A stretch of DNA of 64,000 nt from Candidatus Bathyarchaeota archaeon. Its GTDB lineage: Archaea > Thermoproteota > Bathyarchaeia > TCS64. Each line of letters starts with the position of its first letter. Within the stretch, counting starts at the first letter, position 1. Below, in pieces: positions 9,277-19,491 of the stretch. The position numbers and the translations under genes were made by a program. The stretch lies in assembly GCA_043826455.1 (NCBI GenBank), contig JBDRQD010000030.1, positions 1-64,000 on the forward strand. The letters are read 5' to 3'. The notes below the pieces were generated by a model. That model did not search any database, had not been told where the DNA came from, and saw nothing but the letters and a program-made list of their open reading frames with translations.

Positions 9277-10179
9277 ATGGGTGAAAAAAGGGCGGGCGAA
9301 GACTCTGGGTACATATTCGCAGGCCCCACCGTAGAGAGGAAGAGGAAAGTGGTGAAGCCGGGCATAGTACTCATCGACAACCACAGATCGGGGGTCATCG
9401 TCAGCGACGATCCAGGCAGCCCCTGGCACAAGGCAACATACTACGCGCATGGAAGCATTCTGAGTGATGCCGGAGGCAAGTTCATCCGACAGGTGGCGTT
9501 CTGCGAGACAATAGATCCAGATGGCGACGTGACCTGGAGCATATTATGGGAACCAAGTGAGGGGAAGGCCAGCTATCACTTCATAGTCGGCACGGGGAAG
9601 TGGAGGGGAATCGCCGGCGAGGCGACCATCACAGGTATGCAGCATCGCGCCGATGACCACACGATGCCAAGCTACAGGATGAGCTGGGAGATCGATGAGA
9701 AGAATGATGAAACCGTCCCGGCATTCAAACCAAAAGGCCCATACACCAACCACGCAACAAGTCTGAGCTTCCATGGACCTCACGTCACCGAGGCGATAAA
9801 GGAACTAGCCAACGGATTGAAGCTCATTGTCAACACACAATTAGGTGTGCTAATAGGGGAATCCTCCACAGCCGTAAATGTCTCAAATCCACGTGGCTAC
9901 GCAGCCAGCTACGACAAGGGAGTGACCGTGTGGAGTGGTGACAAGAGGCTCGCCGATGTGATGCTGCTCGAAGACACGGACCCGGACGGCGATATGGCTT
10001 GGCTCGTCCATGTCTGGTGGTACGCGAGGGGCCGTGGATTATACAAGTTTATTGGAGGCACCGGGAAGTGGGAGGGCATCAGAGGCGAAGGAGTCACCCT
10101 CGGTGCGCTTATGAGGCGAACCGATGACTATCATCTCCTCAGGTCAGAGATACACTGGAGGATAGACAACCCCGGCTGA
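9277..10179 (+). CDS. Hypothetical protein with two homologous beta-rich domains
   Basis: Internal repeat: ETIDPDGD...FIVGTGKWRGIAGE...RADD versus EDTDPDGD...FIGGTGKWEGIRGE...RTDD. Confidence 0.75.
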   Translation: MGEKRAGEDSGYIFAGPTVERKRKVVKPGIVLIDNHRSGVIVSDDPGSPWHKATYYAHGSILSDAGGKFIRQVAFCETIDPDGDVTWSILWEPSEGKASYHFIVGTGKWRGIAGEATITGMQHRADDHTMPSYRMSWEIDEKNDETVPAFKPKGPYTNHATSLSFHGPHVTEAIKELANGLKLIVNTQLGVLIGESSTAVNVSNPRGYAASYDKGVTVWSGDKRLADVMLLEDTDPDGDMAWLVHVWWYARGRGLYKFIGGTGKWEGIRGEGVTLGALMRRTDDYHLLRSEIHWRIDNPG

Positions 10180-10445
10180 TAATGGGGGTCGTTTAAGGTA
10201 CGAACCCGGTTCTCATATTGCACGCGCACATATGGGCTTGCACGCGCGCCGTATGCTCATGTTCAATGATGTGTGAGTAAAAGGCGGAGGACAACACTTA
10301 GGAGGACCACCAGAAGGGTAAAATTGCCTCATCTTTTTTTAATGAATTACGCGATTGTTATATCTTCTTATGCCGTAAAAATTAAGTTGAAATGACGAGA
10401 AGCATATTCTCTACTCTTAAGTCGATAGTAATCATATTCCCAATT

Positions 10446-10718
10446 CTAGTCGGGGCAGCAGACATAGTCTACGCCTTTCCCGACCCAGTCATCAGATTCG
10501 CCGCCGTAACGGATGAAGGTAACCTTCGGGTACATGCCGAACCAGATGTGGTGACAGAAACCATCAGGCATGCCACCGTCGGTGACGATGAAGGCGTCGC
10601 CTTCGTCTAGGTCACATTTAACGATTTCTCTGCCTGATGGTCGATGGAATTTCTCGCCGAAAACGTCTTCAGGGCCGAAGTTTTTCACGACAGTGATCTT
10701 AACCTTATATTCAGGCAT
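10446..10718 (-). CDS. TIGR04076-like small Cys-containing protein, possibly C-terminally truncated
   Basis: KVKITVV, C...EGD.F, PDGFC..W, CCPD. It stops directly after CCPD, where such proteins usually continue for a short strand. Confidence 0.65.
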   Translation of the reverse strand: MPEYKVKITVVKNFGPEDVFGEKFHRPSGREIVKCDLDEGDAFIVTDGGMPDGFCHHIWFGMYPKVTFIRYGGESDDWVGKGVDYVCCPD

Positions 10719-10752
10719 ACAATATCACCAGGTTTTCCCAATAAAATATGAT

Positions 10753-11526
10753 CTAATTGTTTTTCCTTGAGTAGAAATCATAGAAGTATCGTAACGTCCT
10801 GGTGTCCCTCGACTCCGGCACCTTCTCATAGCTAGTGGGTATCTCTATCCTGGCTGGGCCCGCGTTCATCTCGATGGCTTTCAGAGTGTTCTCACGTAGC
10901 TTCTTCAGGAAGCGGAGCTGCCTCCTGACCTCCTCCTTACCGCATAACGGGCCATGACCTGGGACGACGTGGTCGAAGTCGAGCTCCAGGATCTTCTCGA
11001 AGAAGGCGATCCATTGATCGGGGTTGCTGCTGGGGTCACCGGCCCAGGGGAACTCGTCGGCGAAGAGCAGGTCGCCGAGGAAAATGACTTTCTCTTCAGG
11101 GAAGTAAGCGATGGCTGAACAGACGGTGTGGCCGCCTGCGTAATGAAAATCTACCCGGGAGCCACCGTCTTCGATGATCAACTTGTTTGTGAACATCAGC
11201 TCGGGTGGGAAGGGTTTACCGTCTTTCATCATTTGATCGTAGAGTTGTCTTGCGCCGACTACGATGGTGTCTTGAAACGCCTCTATTCCTCTGGTGTGGT
11301 CTCCGTGGTAGTGTGTGACAAGCAGGTATTTCGTCGGTAACTTGAAGTGTTCCTCTATGCCTCTCCGAAAGATGGGGGCCGAGTCAGCCGTTGAGGAGGG
11401 ATCAACCGCCACTATGAACCCGCCTAACGCGATGGCTCCAGCGTTAGAATCACTTTTTCCGTTGATGACGGTCTTCCCGATGACGGTTTTTTCTGTTATC
11501 GCCTCTACTTTACATTCGACAGACAT
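10753..11526 (-). CDS. MBL-fold metallohydrolase (cyclase-like)
   Basis: THYHGDH, GGHT, FLGDL, VPGHG. Confidence 0.85.
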   Translation of the reverse strand: MSVECKVEAITEKTVIGKTVINGKSDSNAGAIALGGFIVAVDPSSTADSAPIFRRGIEEHFKLPTKYLLVTHYHGDHTRGIEAFQDTIVVGARQLYDQMMKDGKPFPPELMFTNKLIIEDGGSRVDFHYAGGHTVCSAIAYFPEEKVIFLGDLLFADEFPWAGDPSSNPDQWIAFFEKILELDFDHVVPGHGPLCGKEEVRRQLRFLKKLRENTLKAIEMNAGPARIEIPTSYEKVPESRDTRTLRYFYDFYSRKNN

Positions 11527-11710
11527 CTTCTTCGCTTCATCACTTATTTCGAAGGATATTTTAATCCTGTTAAGCGCACGCGTCTGTGTTCGCGTGCATC
11601 AGCTATTAACGTTAGGCGGTACCTGTAAAAATACGGACACTCATTTTTTAGCGCTTTACTGCCTTCAAACCTTGACGTTGTGCGGGGGGTGGGGCTCCCA
11701 CACGTTTTTA

Positions 11711-11990
11711 CTAGTAAAACAAGTGTGTGTTTGATATGCTTACTGTGTGTGTCTCGTATAACTCGATTTCATCAACAATGTAATACTTTTTCGTTAAAAT
11801 TGTTGTAACCAAGTATCCAATACCTAATGCTATCCACAGACTTGAGTAGAAAACCATGTTCTGAGTCCAACGGGTATAAACACCATCAGGCAATTGAACT
11901 GCATCAAGTAGAGAATCATGAAGAAAATGGAAAACAATGCCTGCTAGTAGCGACTTGGTTTTATAAGCAGTATAAGTGAAGCTAAGAGCG
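11711..11990 (-). pseudogene. 3' remnant of a CPBP/CAAX intramembrane metalloprotease
   Basis: FTYTAYKTKSLLAGIVFHFLHD resembles the C-terminal CPBP motif. The AT-rich tail joins abruptly to GC-rich non-coding DNA and has no N-terminal EE motif. Confidence 0.55.
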
Positions 11991-12310
11991 CACGCGGACA
12001 AGTGATGACTCAAAATATACTCGTCTCCCCAACGCGTCCCCCGGCTGATGCCCTCTAGGCTCTGATCTACTTCGAAGACCCACGGAAAAGCGGCGAACAC
12101 CGCCACCATCCGCCACCGCCCAGAAACCCCTAAAAAGCCTCCGATCAAAAAAACAAACCTGAAAACCGGGAATCATGACGACGACGACGGGACCCCCCCT
12201 CCCCCCCACCCATGCACACACAGACAAACATAATCATACCTCCCGCAAAATCCCAAAAACAATGGGACCTTCTCATCACTCAGCCTAAAAAAGAGAAAGA
12301 AGGAAAAAAG

Positions 12311-12586
12311 CTAGTCCTTCGCCAGAGTTATCGCTATGTTGCTGACGTTCCTAGGGCTACCGTCCTCGCTCTCCAGCTGCTCAGTCCCGATGCTAATGTC
12401 CTTCACGACGAGGTCCGAGACGAACTGATTCCTCACAACCTCAGCCACGTCCACCGCCTTACTGATGGCCCGACCCCTAGCCATGAGGGTAACCGAGCTT
12501 CCCTCACCCTTCAGGGCCGTCATCGCCGCTAGACAGTAAGCCATAACGGGTTTCATGCCGATGTAGACAACGTTTCCTTGCTCCAA
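12311..12586 (-). CDS. albA: DNA/RNA-binding protein Alba
   Basis: VYIGMKPVMAY, ARGRAISKAVDVAEVVR, ISIGTE, NVSNIAITL. Confidence 0.95.
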   Translation of the reverse strand: MEQGNVVYIGMKPVMAYCLAAMTALKGEGSSVTLMARGRAISKAVDVAEVVRNQFVSDLVVKDISIGTEQLESEDGSPRNVSNIAITLAKD

Positions 12587-12753
12587 CTTGTGTCACCTTG
12601 TGTTTACCTGTGCTCGTAACCCAAAATGTATCCAAACAAGTATTAATCTTTTAGGAGAAGCCAAACCGACCCCCGTTATATAGAGCCATCTTCAGTACCA
12701 TTTCTCCATCACATATAATTCAACGAAAACCTTCCAAAGTTTGACTACCGACA

Positions 12754-15660
12754 ATGCTGCTCAGATGCGTCCCTAGAGGTAAAAAAGCGACCTCCATGCT
12801 TCTAGGCGTCCTACTACTTCTAAATGGCCTGACAACAACCAAACCATTCGCCAGCGCCCTGTTTCCATCAACCACATTAAACCCGGATGCAGCCTGCGTC
12901 GGAGACATAATCCTCGTCGAAGGTAGTGGTGTGCCAGCTGGCTACACCGTCTACGTCTACTGGGACATGGTGAAGCCCTGGGATGGCGCATCAGGGATAC
13001 TAAACGCGTCCAAGAGCGAACCCAGCAGCCACTTCACAATGTCCATGAAGGTACCGGAGTCCACAGGCGGATTACACTCAGTGTGGGTAGGTGACCCCGT
13101 AACGGGGTCTTACTCGCAGTCATTCTTTGAGGTGAAACCCAGCCTCTCTCCGGCCAACCCCGTGGTGATACTGGGCGACACGCTGGAAGTTCAAGGACAG
13201 GGGTTCGGAAACGCGTCAGACCTAGCTTTCATGTTGTATGTATCAGAGGCCCCCTTCGATCTATGGACCGCCGCCTCAGGGACCCAGACGGACAACTATG
13301 AAGCATTAGTCAGGGGCACCCTGAACTACTCACCAGTGAAACCCGGGTCCACCTCATTCACCTGCGGAGGCGAGGCTCTCATGGACACGGGCTACGGAAA
13401 CCTGGAAAGTACTGCCGGCGGCACAGGCATAATAAACTATGTCACAGGCCAATACACGCTGCGTTTCGCAGAGACCCACACCGCCAACGCCGTCATCACC
13501 GTCAACTACGGTTACTTCAAGTCGAGCCCCGGCCAGATCACTGTGCTTAGCGCCAGGGTCAAGGCTAGCAGCAGAGGAAGCTTCTCTAAAAGCCTCAGCT
13601 TCGGAGAAGTATCCTACGGCGAGTACCTACTCGCCGCCATGGACTCAAAAAACAACACCAAGGTGACAAGACTACTTATGTGCCCCCCCATCACCATAAG
13701 CAAGTCCTTCGTGGATGTAGGCGACATCGTATCCATCAAAGGCTCAGGGTTCCCCCCTGGGGCGAGCCTCGAAACATACCTGGAAGACGAACATCTGGAC
13801 AGCTATCCGTGTAGCATAGTTCAGGGCGGAGCTGTTGACGGGTTGGGCAAACTTAGCCTCACCTTTATTGTGCCCCAGGTACCTGAAAGCAGCACATACG
13901 TGTTGAAGGTGAGAGCCTCAGCCACCATCAGCAGCCAGAGGATGATGCAGGTTGACAAACTTGCTAGCCTATCCGTCTCTCTGCAAAGCAGAGGAGACGA
14001 ACACACAGTATCACTTCAGGGATACAACTTCCCGAACCTTCCTGATCAAACAGTTACCATAACCCTTGTCGACACCTACCAGCCATCGACAATGCTCAAG
14101 ATCGGGTCTGTTAAAACCAACCAGAAAGGGGAGATCACCACAAGCTTCGCCCTTAAACTAAACGGCGGGGCCTATTACCGGGTAATAGCCTCCACGGTCG
14201 ACGAAACGGTGTTCGCTGAGGCCTCGTTCCAGATTACACCACTTAAAGTACAGTTATCCTCTCTGGAGGGGAAGCCTGGGACACTAGTAAGACTGACGGG
14301 GAGCGGGTTCACCCGCAGTTCTCACTGGAACGCATCAATCGGAGAAGTCACACTGGTGTCATCCACTCAGGGAACCACGACCTCCAGGGGGACACTTATG
14401 CTCGGGGCCCAGCTGCCTTCGTTTAGAGTCCCCCAATTGGACTCGGGCACATACCTGCTTGTGGTGACAGACATCTCCACAGGATTGAGGTTCTCCACAA
14501 TTTTCAGCGTGCTTCCGGCCGCCCAGCCCACCCTCATCAACACGGTCTACCCTGTACCCCAGCTAACATTCAACAAGATAGTAAAGGAGGGGGAGCAGAC
14601 GTGTTTCGACGCCTCGGCCTCCTACGACCCTGATGGGGCCATCATCTACTACATGATCGATTTCGGCGACGGCGCATCCTCAAACAGTAATAAGGCTTAC
14701 CACACGTACAGCGAGGACGGAGTTTACAAGGTCAGGTTAACCGTCAGAGACAACAAGGGCGCGGAGAGCTTCATCGAGGGCACAATCACCGTGGAGGACT
14801 TGGACCCGGTGGCCGGATTCACAGCAAACAGAAGACTCGGCTACAAGCCCCTAACCGTCGCTTTTATGGATAAATCAACGAGCCACGACGGCCTGGTTCA
14901 ACGGGTCTGGAGCTTCGGGGACGGAGCGACCAGCCAAGAGGTGAACCCCCACAACACCTATCTTATTGAGGGCGTGTACACAGTAACTCTCACAGTACGG
15001 GAGAGGGATGGAGACGAGGCCACCTTCTCCGACACTGTAAGGGTTCTCGGAGACGACAGTCAGCCCCCCGTAATCCACCACGTGAGCCACTTCAGAACAG
15101 TGGAGGGCCTGATCCTGGAGGCAGTAGTTGTCGATAACTCCGACATTAAATCCGTCACGGTAAACGTACCCGGCTACCGCTCCGTGACGATGAACGAGCG
15201 ACCTGATCTCCCCGGCATATACAAGGCAACTCTGCCAAAGTTACAGGAGGCCACAGTCACCATAACGGTCGAGGATTATAATAGTAATCAGGCGGAGAAG
15301 GACTGGGTCATCAAATCAGGCGAGACCAGAACCTGTATTATATTAGAGGCCGGCTGGAACCTTGTCGAAGTTCCGGGCACAGTCCAGTCCATAGAGACCC
15401 ACGATTTGGCCGACGCCCTCGCGGAGGCCTCAGACCGTTTAGAGCTCTACCAGGAGGCCCAGGACCTAGTCAGTTACTTCAAGAGCTACAGAATCGTATC
15501 CATATGGTCCTTTGACGAGTACCGCGGATACCTCTTCTACGATATGACCTCCGAGTACGGGGACCTGGAGCGCATAGAAGGCGGCATAAGCTACTGGATC
15601 GAGGTGGAGGGAGGCTCATTTAACGACTCGCCTCTAGAGGTCTACGTAGTTTATAGGTAG
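12754..15660 (+). CDS. Secreted S-layer-like protein with IPT/TIG-like repeats and two PKD domains
   Basis: Signal peptide; repeated V.I.G.GF units; PKD motifs (DFGDG...HTY, WSFGDG); N-terminus resembles 51174..53660. Confidence 0.8.
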   Translation: MLLRCVPRGKKATSMLLGVLLLLNGLTTTKPFASALFPSTTLNPDAACVGDIILVEGSGVPAGYTVYVYWDMVKPWDGASGILNASKSEPSSHFTMSMKVPESTGGLHSVWVGDPVTGSYSQSFFEVKPSLSPANPVVILGDTLEVQGQGFGNASDLAFMLYVSEAPFDLWTAASGTQTDNYEALVRGTLNYSPVKPGSTSFTCGGEALMDTGYGNLESTAGGTGIINYVTGQYTLRFAETHTANAVITVNYGYFKSSPGQITVLSARVKASSRGSFSKSLSFGEVSYGEYLLAAMDSKNNTKVTRLLMCPPITISKSFVDVGDIVSIKGSGFPPGASLETYLEDEHLDSYPCSIVQGGAVDGLGKLSLTFIVPQVPESSTYVLKVRASATISSQRMMQVDKLASLSVSLQSRGDEHTVSLQGYNFPNLPDQTVTITLVDTYQPSTMLKIGSVKTNQKGEITTSFALKLNGGAYYRVIASTVDETVFAEASFQITPLKVQLSSLEGKPGTLVRLTGSGFTRSSHWNASIGEVTLVSSTQGTTTSRGTLMLGAQLPSFRVPQLDSGTYLLVVTDISTGLRFSTIFSVLPAAQPTLINTVYPVPQLTFNKIVKEGEQTCFDASASYDPDGAIIYYMIDFGDGASSNSNKAYHTYSEDGVYKVRLTVRDNKGAESFIEGTITVEDLDPVAGFTANRRLGYKPLTVAFMDKSTSHDGLVQRVWSFGDGATSQEVNPHNTYLIEGVYTVTLTVRERDGDEATFSDTVRVLGDDSQPPVIHHVSHFRTVEGLILEAVVVDNSDIKSVTVNVPGYRSVTMNERPDLPGIYKATLPKLQEATVTITVEDYNSNQAEKDWVIKSGETRTCIILEAGWNLVEVPGTVQSIETHDLADALAEASDRLELYQEAQDLVSYFKSYRIVSIWSFDEYRGYLFYDMTSEYGDLERIEGGISYWIEVEGGSFNDSPLEVYVVYR

Positions 15661-15715
15661 TCTCCACCTACAAGCCGTTATACCTTGGACCGGGCATCGT
15701 TCCGATGTAGCGAAG

Positions 15716-17104
15716 TTGTGCAGACTCGGAAAAAGGGCTATCCAATTAGCATTAATATTAGCTACCCTAGCCTGCACGATGAACCTTCTACCGGCCTCGG
15801 CTTCACCTGCTCTACCCTACGTCTTAAACGGAGTGATATCTATGAGCGGGCGACCTGTACCAGATCAACTCCTACTAGAGGCCAAGATCAACCAAGTCAC
15901 GTACGCCGCCACGTACACACGAAGCGGAGGCTTTGGGCTGGACCCCGTCTTCAAGATACCCGCTGACCAGCCTGACACCGAGCGAGTGGAGGGCGGGAGA
16001 AACGGCGACCTGGTTGAGCTGTACCTTGATGGCGTCAAAGTAGCTGACACCGTATTCCAGTCCGGCCGGGTCAACAGACTCGTGATTGAGATAGGGGACC
16101 ACATCAACGCCCCACCCACAGCGTTCTTCAGGTGTATGGGCGGCGCCGCAGGGTTCAGCATGCGCTTCGATGGCTCAGAGTCAAGGGACCCGGATGGAGA
16201 CGTCGTCACCTATTCCTGGGATTTCGGCGACAGTCACACATCCACCCTAGTTGAGCCGGTCCACACGTATGAGGCGGGCGGAGAATACGAAGTCACTTTG
16301 CTAGTCCGAGACGAGTACGGTTCGATGGGCCGGTACAGCCAAATCATAGAGGTAAAGCCGTTGCCTGAACCAGAGTTCTGGCAACTCATGAACCTCGACG
16401 CAGCGGCCTCTGGGTCATTCTACTCAGATGAGACCTGGCTGAAGCTCTACGCCAAGTCCCTAGAACCCACCCATGTGACCGTTGTCCGCTACGACGAGGT
16501 TTTCATGGTAGACGACTCAGTGACTCTCTCCGCTCAGCATCTTTGGAGCCTATCGGTCCTAGACCCTCAGGTGGTATCCCACCCCCTCTACCTTGAGATA
16601 CCTGTCACGAAGGTGGGTGAGGTGCCTCCGAACACAGTGCTATACACGTGGAGTGATGGTGGGTGGTCGGCGTGCCCTCACTCAGGCACATCGAATGAAA
16701 GGGTCTGGGCTTACCTATCTGAGGATGAACTTGGAGAGGGATTAATTGCTCTAGGGCTCAGCGACGGAAATGTTAGGCTTAACATTCAGGGCGTCCACTC
16801 GTCTGATGAGCCAGGGGAATATATTTGCAGGGTGGATTTAACCAGCATCGGCTTCGTGGGAGATTACCAGGTTCACTTGAGGGTGGACGAAAAACTGCAT
16901 ACAATCGAAACAGTGTCGTTAACTAGAGGAAGTACTAAATCCCTGGAACTCACGTTCCAGGCAGCGCCTGGTACGCACCTGGTCTCAGTCAATGGAGTGG
17001 AGGAGGATCTGAGAGTAGCTTCACTGTTTAACAGCCTCTTCATCGTTGGTCTAGGCCTTGTCCCCGTTTCCTTGATCTCGATGTTAATTAAGCGAAACTT
17101 GTAG
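15716..17104 (+). CDS. Membrane-anchored PKD-domain surface protein
   Basis: Signal peptide, SRDPDGDVVTYSWDFGD PKD motif, CARDB-like C-terminal domain, terminal TM helix plus KR. Confidence 0.8.
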   Translation: MCRLGKRAIQLALILATLACTMNLLPASASPALPYVLNGVISMSGRPVPDQLLLEAKINQVTYAATYTRSGGFGLDPVFKIPADQPDTERVEGGRNGDLVELYLDGVKVADTVFQSGRVNRLVIEIGDHINAPPTAFFRCMGGAAGFSMRFDGSESRDPDGDVVTYSWDFGDSHTSTLVEPVHTYEAGGEYEVTLLVRDEYGSMGRYSQIIEVKPLPEPEFWQLMNLDAAASGSFYSDETWLKLYAKSLEPTHVTVVRYDEVFMVDDSVTLSAQHLWSLSVLDPQVVSHPLYLEIPVTKVGEVPPNTVLYTWSDGGWSACPHSGTSNERVWAYLSEDELGEGLIALGLSDGNVRLNIQGVHSSDEPGEYICRVDLTSIGFVGDYQVHLRVDEKLHTIETVSLTRGSTKSLELTFQAAPGTHLVSVNGVEEDLRVASLFNSLFIVGLGLVPVSLISMLIKRNL

Positions 17105-17172
17105 CCACCGTTTATTATTTAAATATATGAAAAAGTTGTTTTTCAAAGTATAATGGCATAATGAACGCCATT

Positions 17173-17397
17173 TTACTTTTTTTTCTCGATGATGGCCTGT
17201 ATCAGCTTGATCTCTTTCTCTAGGAAAGTCTTTTTCTCCCTGAGCTCCTCAAGCTTCCTCGCCATGTCCACGATCTCATGCTCACGCCGCATACACTCGT
17301 AAAGCTCCGGGTGGCCGTATTTCAGGTGAAAGTCCATCTGCTTCTTCTCAAGTCTCTCAAGGCCGCAGAAGGGGCACACGTAATTATCTTCCACCAT
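17173..17397 (-). CDS. Small C2H2-type zinc finger/coiled-coil protein
   Basis: CPFC-x12-H-x4-H followed by a heptad-rich helix; GGAG upstream. Confidence 0.65.
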   Translation of the reverse strand: MVEDNYVCPFCGLERLEKKQMDFHLKYGHPELYECMRREHEIVDMARKLEELREKKTFLEKEIKLIQAIIEKKK

Positions 17398-17554
17398 GTA
17401 TCTCCTGTAGATTCTTGGTGAGCCACGTATAATAATCCTTCCAGAGGGCGGATATTCAACTCCTCATGACTCTAAAATGGAGGATTACTCTATACTTGAG
17501 GTATAGACCCAGATTCCACGAACCTTTAAAGGCGCCCTGACACCGCATCAGTCG

Positions 17555-17791
17555 ATGGAGAACAGACATAGATCACTGATCTTCAAGCCTAACGAGGTAA
17601 ACATAATCGATATGGCTACCAGTGACGTGGTCGCAGACAGCTACATCCAGATGGCCAGCGATATAATATTCCATAAAGGCCACCAGAGCGACCAAGCCGT
17701 AAACGAGATCTTTGAGCCTCAACAGTTCTCCGGATTCAAGATCAGTGAGGACTGGCGTAAGGATAAAGCCGGGCCACGGTTCACGCCCTAG
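17555..17791 (+). CDS. Hypothetical protein
   Basis: ATG about 25 nt after a TTTAAA box; no recognised motif. Confidence 0.4.
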   Translation: MENRHRSLIFKPNEVNIIDMATSDVVADSYIQMASDIIFHKGHQSDQAVNEIFEPQQFSGFKISEDWRKDKAGPRFTP

Positions 17792-18267
17792 CTCTCTGAA
17801 CTTGAGCTGGGCGTAGCGTTGATACAGTGGTATCAATGCTGGATTGATACGGTTTATAATTGGTCGTGTTCTCGTAAGACAGGGATGGGTCTTCCTCCTT
17901 CACCAGAGAGATGGGCCTATCCCACATATATTTTAATGAAGATTAATTTTCTTGCTCAATGGGCCTCATCGAGCATACAAAATCAAGAAGTAATGTAATT
18001 GTATGAATGCAGTCAAATAATTATATTCCCATGATGGCCCCGGCCAGGAAACCGAGCCATAGAGACAGATGATAAAGCTTAATCACCGTTTTCTCCCACC
18101 TAACCTTATCCATGTAGCCAGTATCCGACTTCTTATTGATCAGGCCCCCACCCTGCGTCTTTTCTTGGAACATTGTCATGGGGGTAGTGCTACAGATGAT
18201 AGATAATAAGAACGCTCTGGAACCCGTTGGAACCATTTATTCTACTAAATAAAAAGGGGTGTAGGGT

Positions 18268-19062
18268 TTAGCCCATCATCAACGAGACACGATACATCAA
18301 CAGATCATTATAGGATACTATTTCGTTACCACTCGAGTCTTTTATGCTCGACACCAGCAAGAAGTAGTTACCGGGCCCGAACAAGAACGGGGACTCAAAG
18401 TTGTACTGTGTGGTGCCTGACACGGTTAAAACTGGCGACGTTTTACCGCTTCTATAGTAGTCGCTCCAGACAAGTAGCTGAACGCGTCCATTATAGGGTC
18501 GCCCATCCAGGTAATGGATGCTTATGGTGCCCGTAACAGGCACATTAGATGGGTAATTGTTGGTTGTCACTGTCAGGTTTACTCTCAGGTTGCTAACTAT
18601 GAAGGCGGTCCAGGGCAGCATCTTCAACTCGTTGTACTTCACCAGGAGCTTCTGATACTCCGTTGATAGCTCGGTGTTTGTTGCCACCAAGTTCTGGTTG
18701 GTGGCTTGAAGCAGCGCGAGTTCCTCTGCCTGGTCTTGGTGACTCTGCAGCAGACCTTCATATTCTTCCTCCAGTTCCTCGTACTCTGCCCTTGTCACAC
18801 TGTTATCCATAAGGTCGTTATACTGCTGGGTAACCTTGACAAGGTCGCCGAGAGCCTCAGTGTAGTTTATTTGAAGGGCATCCAGATGTGTCTGTAACGA
18901 TGAAACTTGATTGGTCTTCTGGGTCAGCTCCCCGGTTAGCCCTTCAAGCCTTGGGGCCGTTAATGCGTTGTTAACGTAGATGCCCAGACCTAAACCGATG
19001 ATGAGTGTAATTATGAGCAGATTGCTTGTCTTGAACAGCTTACTGGACTTTAAAGTATTCAC
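18268..19062 (-). CDS. Membrane-anchored coiled-coil protein with a C-terminal Ig-like domain
   Basis: N-terminal TM, long heptad region, beta-rich C-terminus. Confidence 0.7.
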   Translation of the reverse strand: MNTLKSSKLFKTSNLLIITLIIGLGLGIYVNNALTAPRLEGLTGELTQKTNQVSSLQTHLDALQINYTEALGDLVKVTQQYNDLMDNSVTRAEYEELEEEYEGLLQSHQDQAEELALLQATNQNLVATNTELSTEYQKLLVKYNELKMLPWTAFIVSNLRVNLTVTTNNYPSNVPVTGTISIHYLDGRPYNGRVQLLVWSDYYRSGKTSPVLTVSGTTQYNFESPFLFGPGNYFLLVSSIKDSSGNEIVSYNDLLMYRVSLMMG

Positions 19063-19197
19063 GTGAACTCATGAGGTAGCCCCTGTATAAAACATGGTGC
19101 TTAGCTAAAATCCTGAGTTGTTCTACATACTTGTGGTATGCTCCTGAGCTACGTTCACCCAAGCATACCACAAATAACTGCGGAACCCCTTTAAACC

Positions 19198-19443
19198 GTG
19201 CACCTGACGTCAAATGTGATGGGGGCCTTAACATTCGTGGGTTTCCTGACTGTGATGACTGGGTTCTCGCTGCTGGTTCTGGGCGGAGGAGCCGGCTCGA
19301 AGGCCAGCTTCAGCCACAGAGAGACGGCTATAGTGGGCCAAGCCTGGTTCGTGGTCCTGGTCCTCGGCTTTCTGATGATGGCCTTAGACGCTTACATGGT
19401 ATCAGGTGGCATTCCGTTTGGCCTCATTTCCATGATTCTTTGA
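19198..19443 (+). CDS. Small two-TM membrane protein
   Basis: Two hydrophobic segments; start uncertain. Confidence 0.45.
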   Translation: MHLTSNVMGALTFVGFLTVMTGFSLLVLGGGAGSKASFSHRETAIVGQAWFVVLVLGFLMMALDAYMVSGGIPFGLISMIL

Positions 19444-19491
19444 AACCTTGGCCGGCAAGTAGCTAAATACTGATGTCCTCCAGTATTTTCC

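Noticed and set aside
10356..10448. Pyrrolysine read-through of the TAG ending the TIGR04076-like gene
   Set aside because: The in-frame continuation (NWEYDYYRLK...) is AT-rich and does not resemble the expected family C-terminus; no pyl genes are in the window
11560..11620. Integron attC site (GTTAGGC next to a hairpin)
   Set aside because: No properly paired RYYYAAC...GTTRRRY arrangement could be built, and no integron integrase is present
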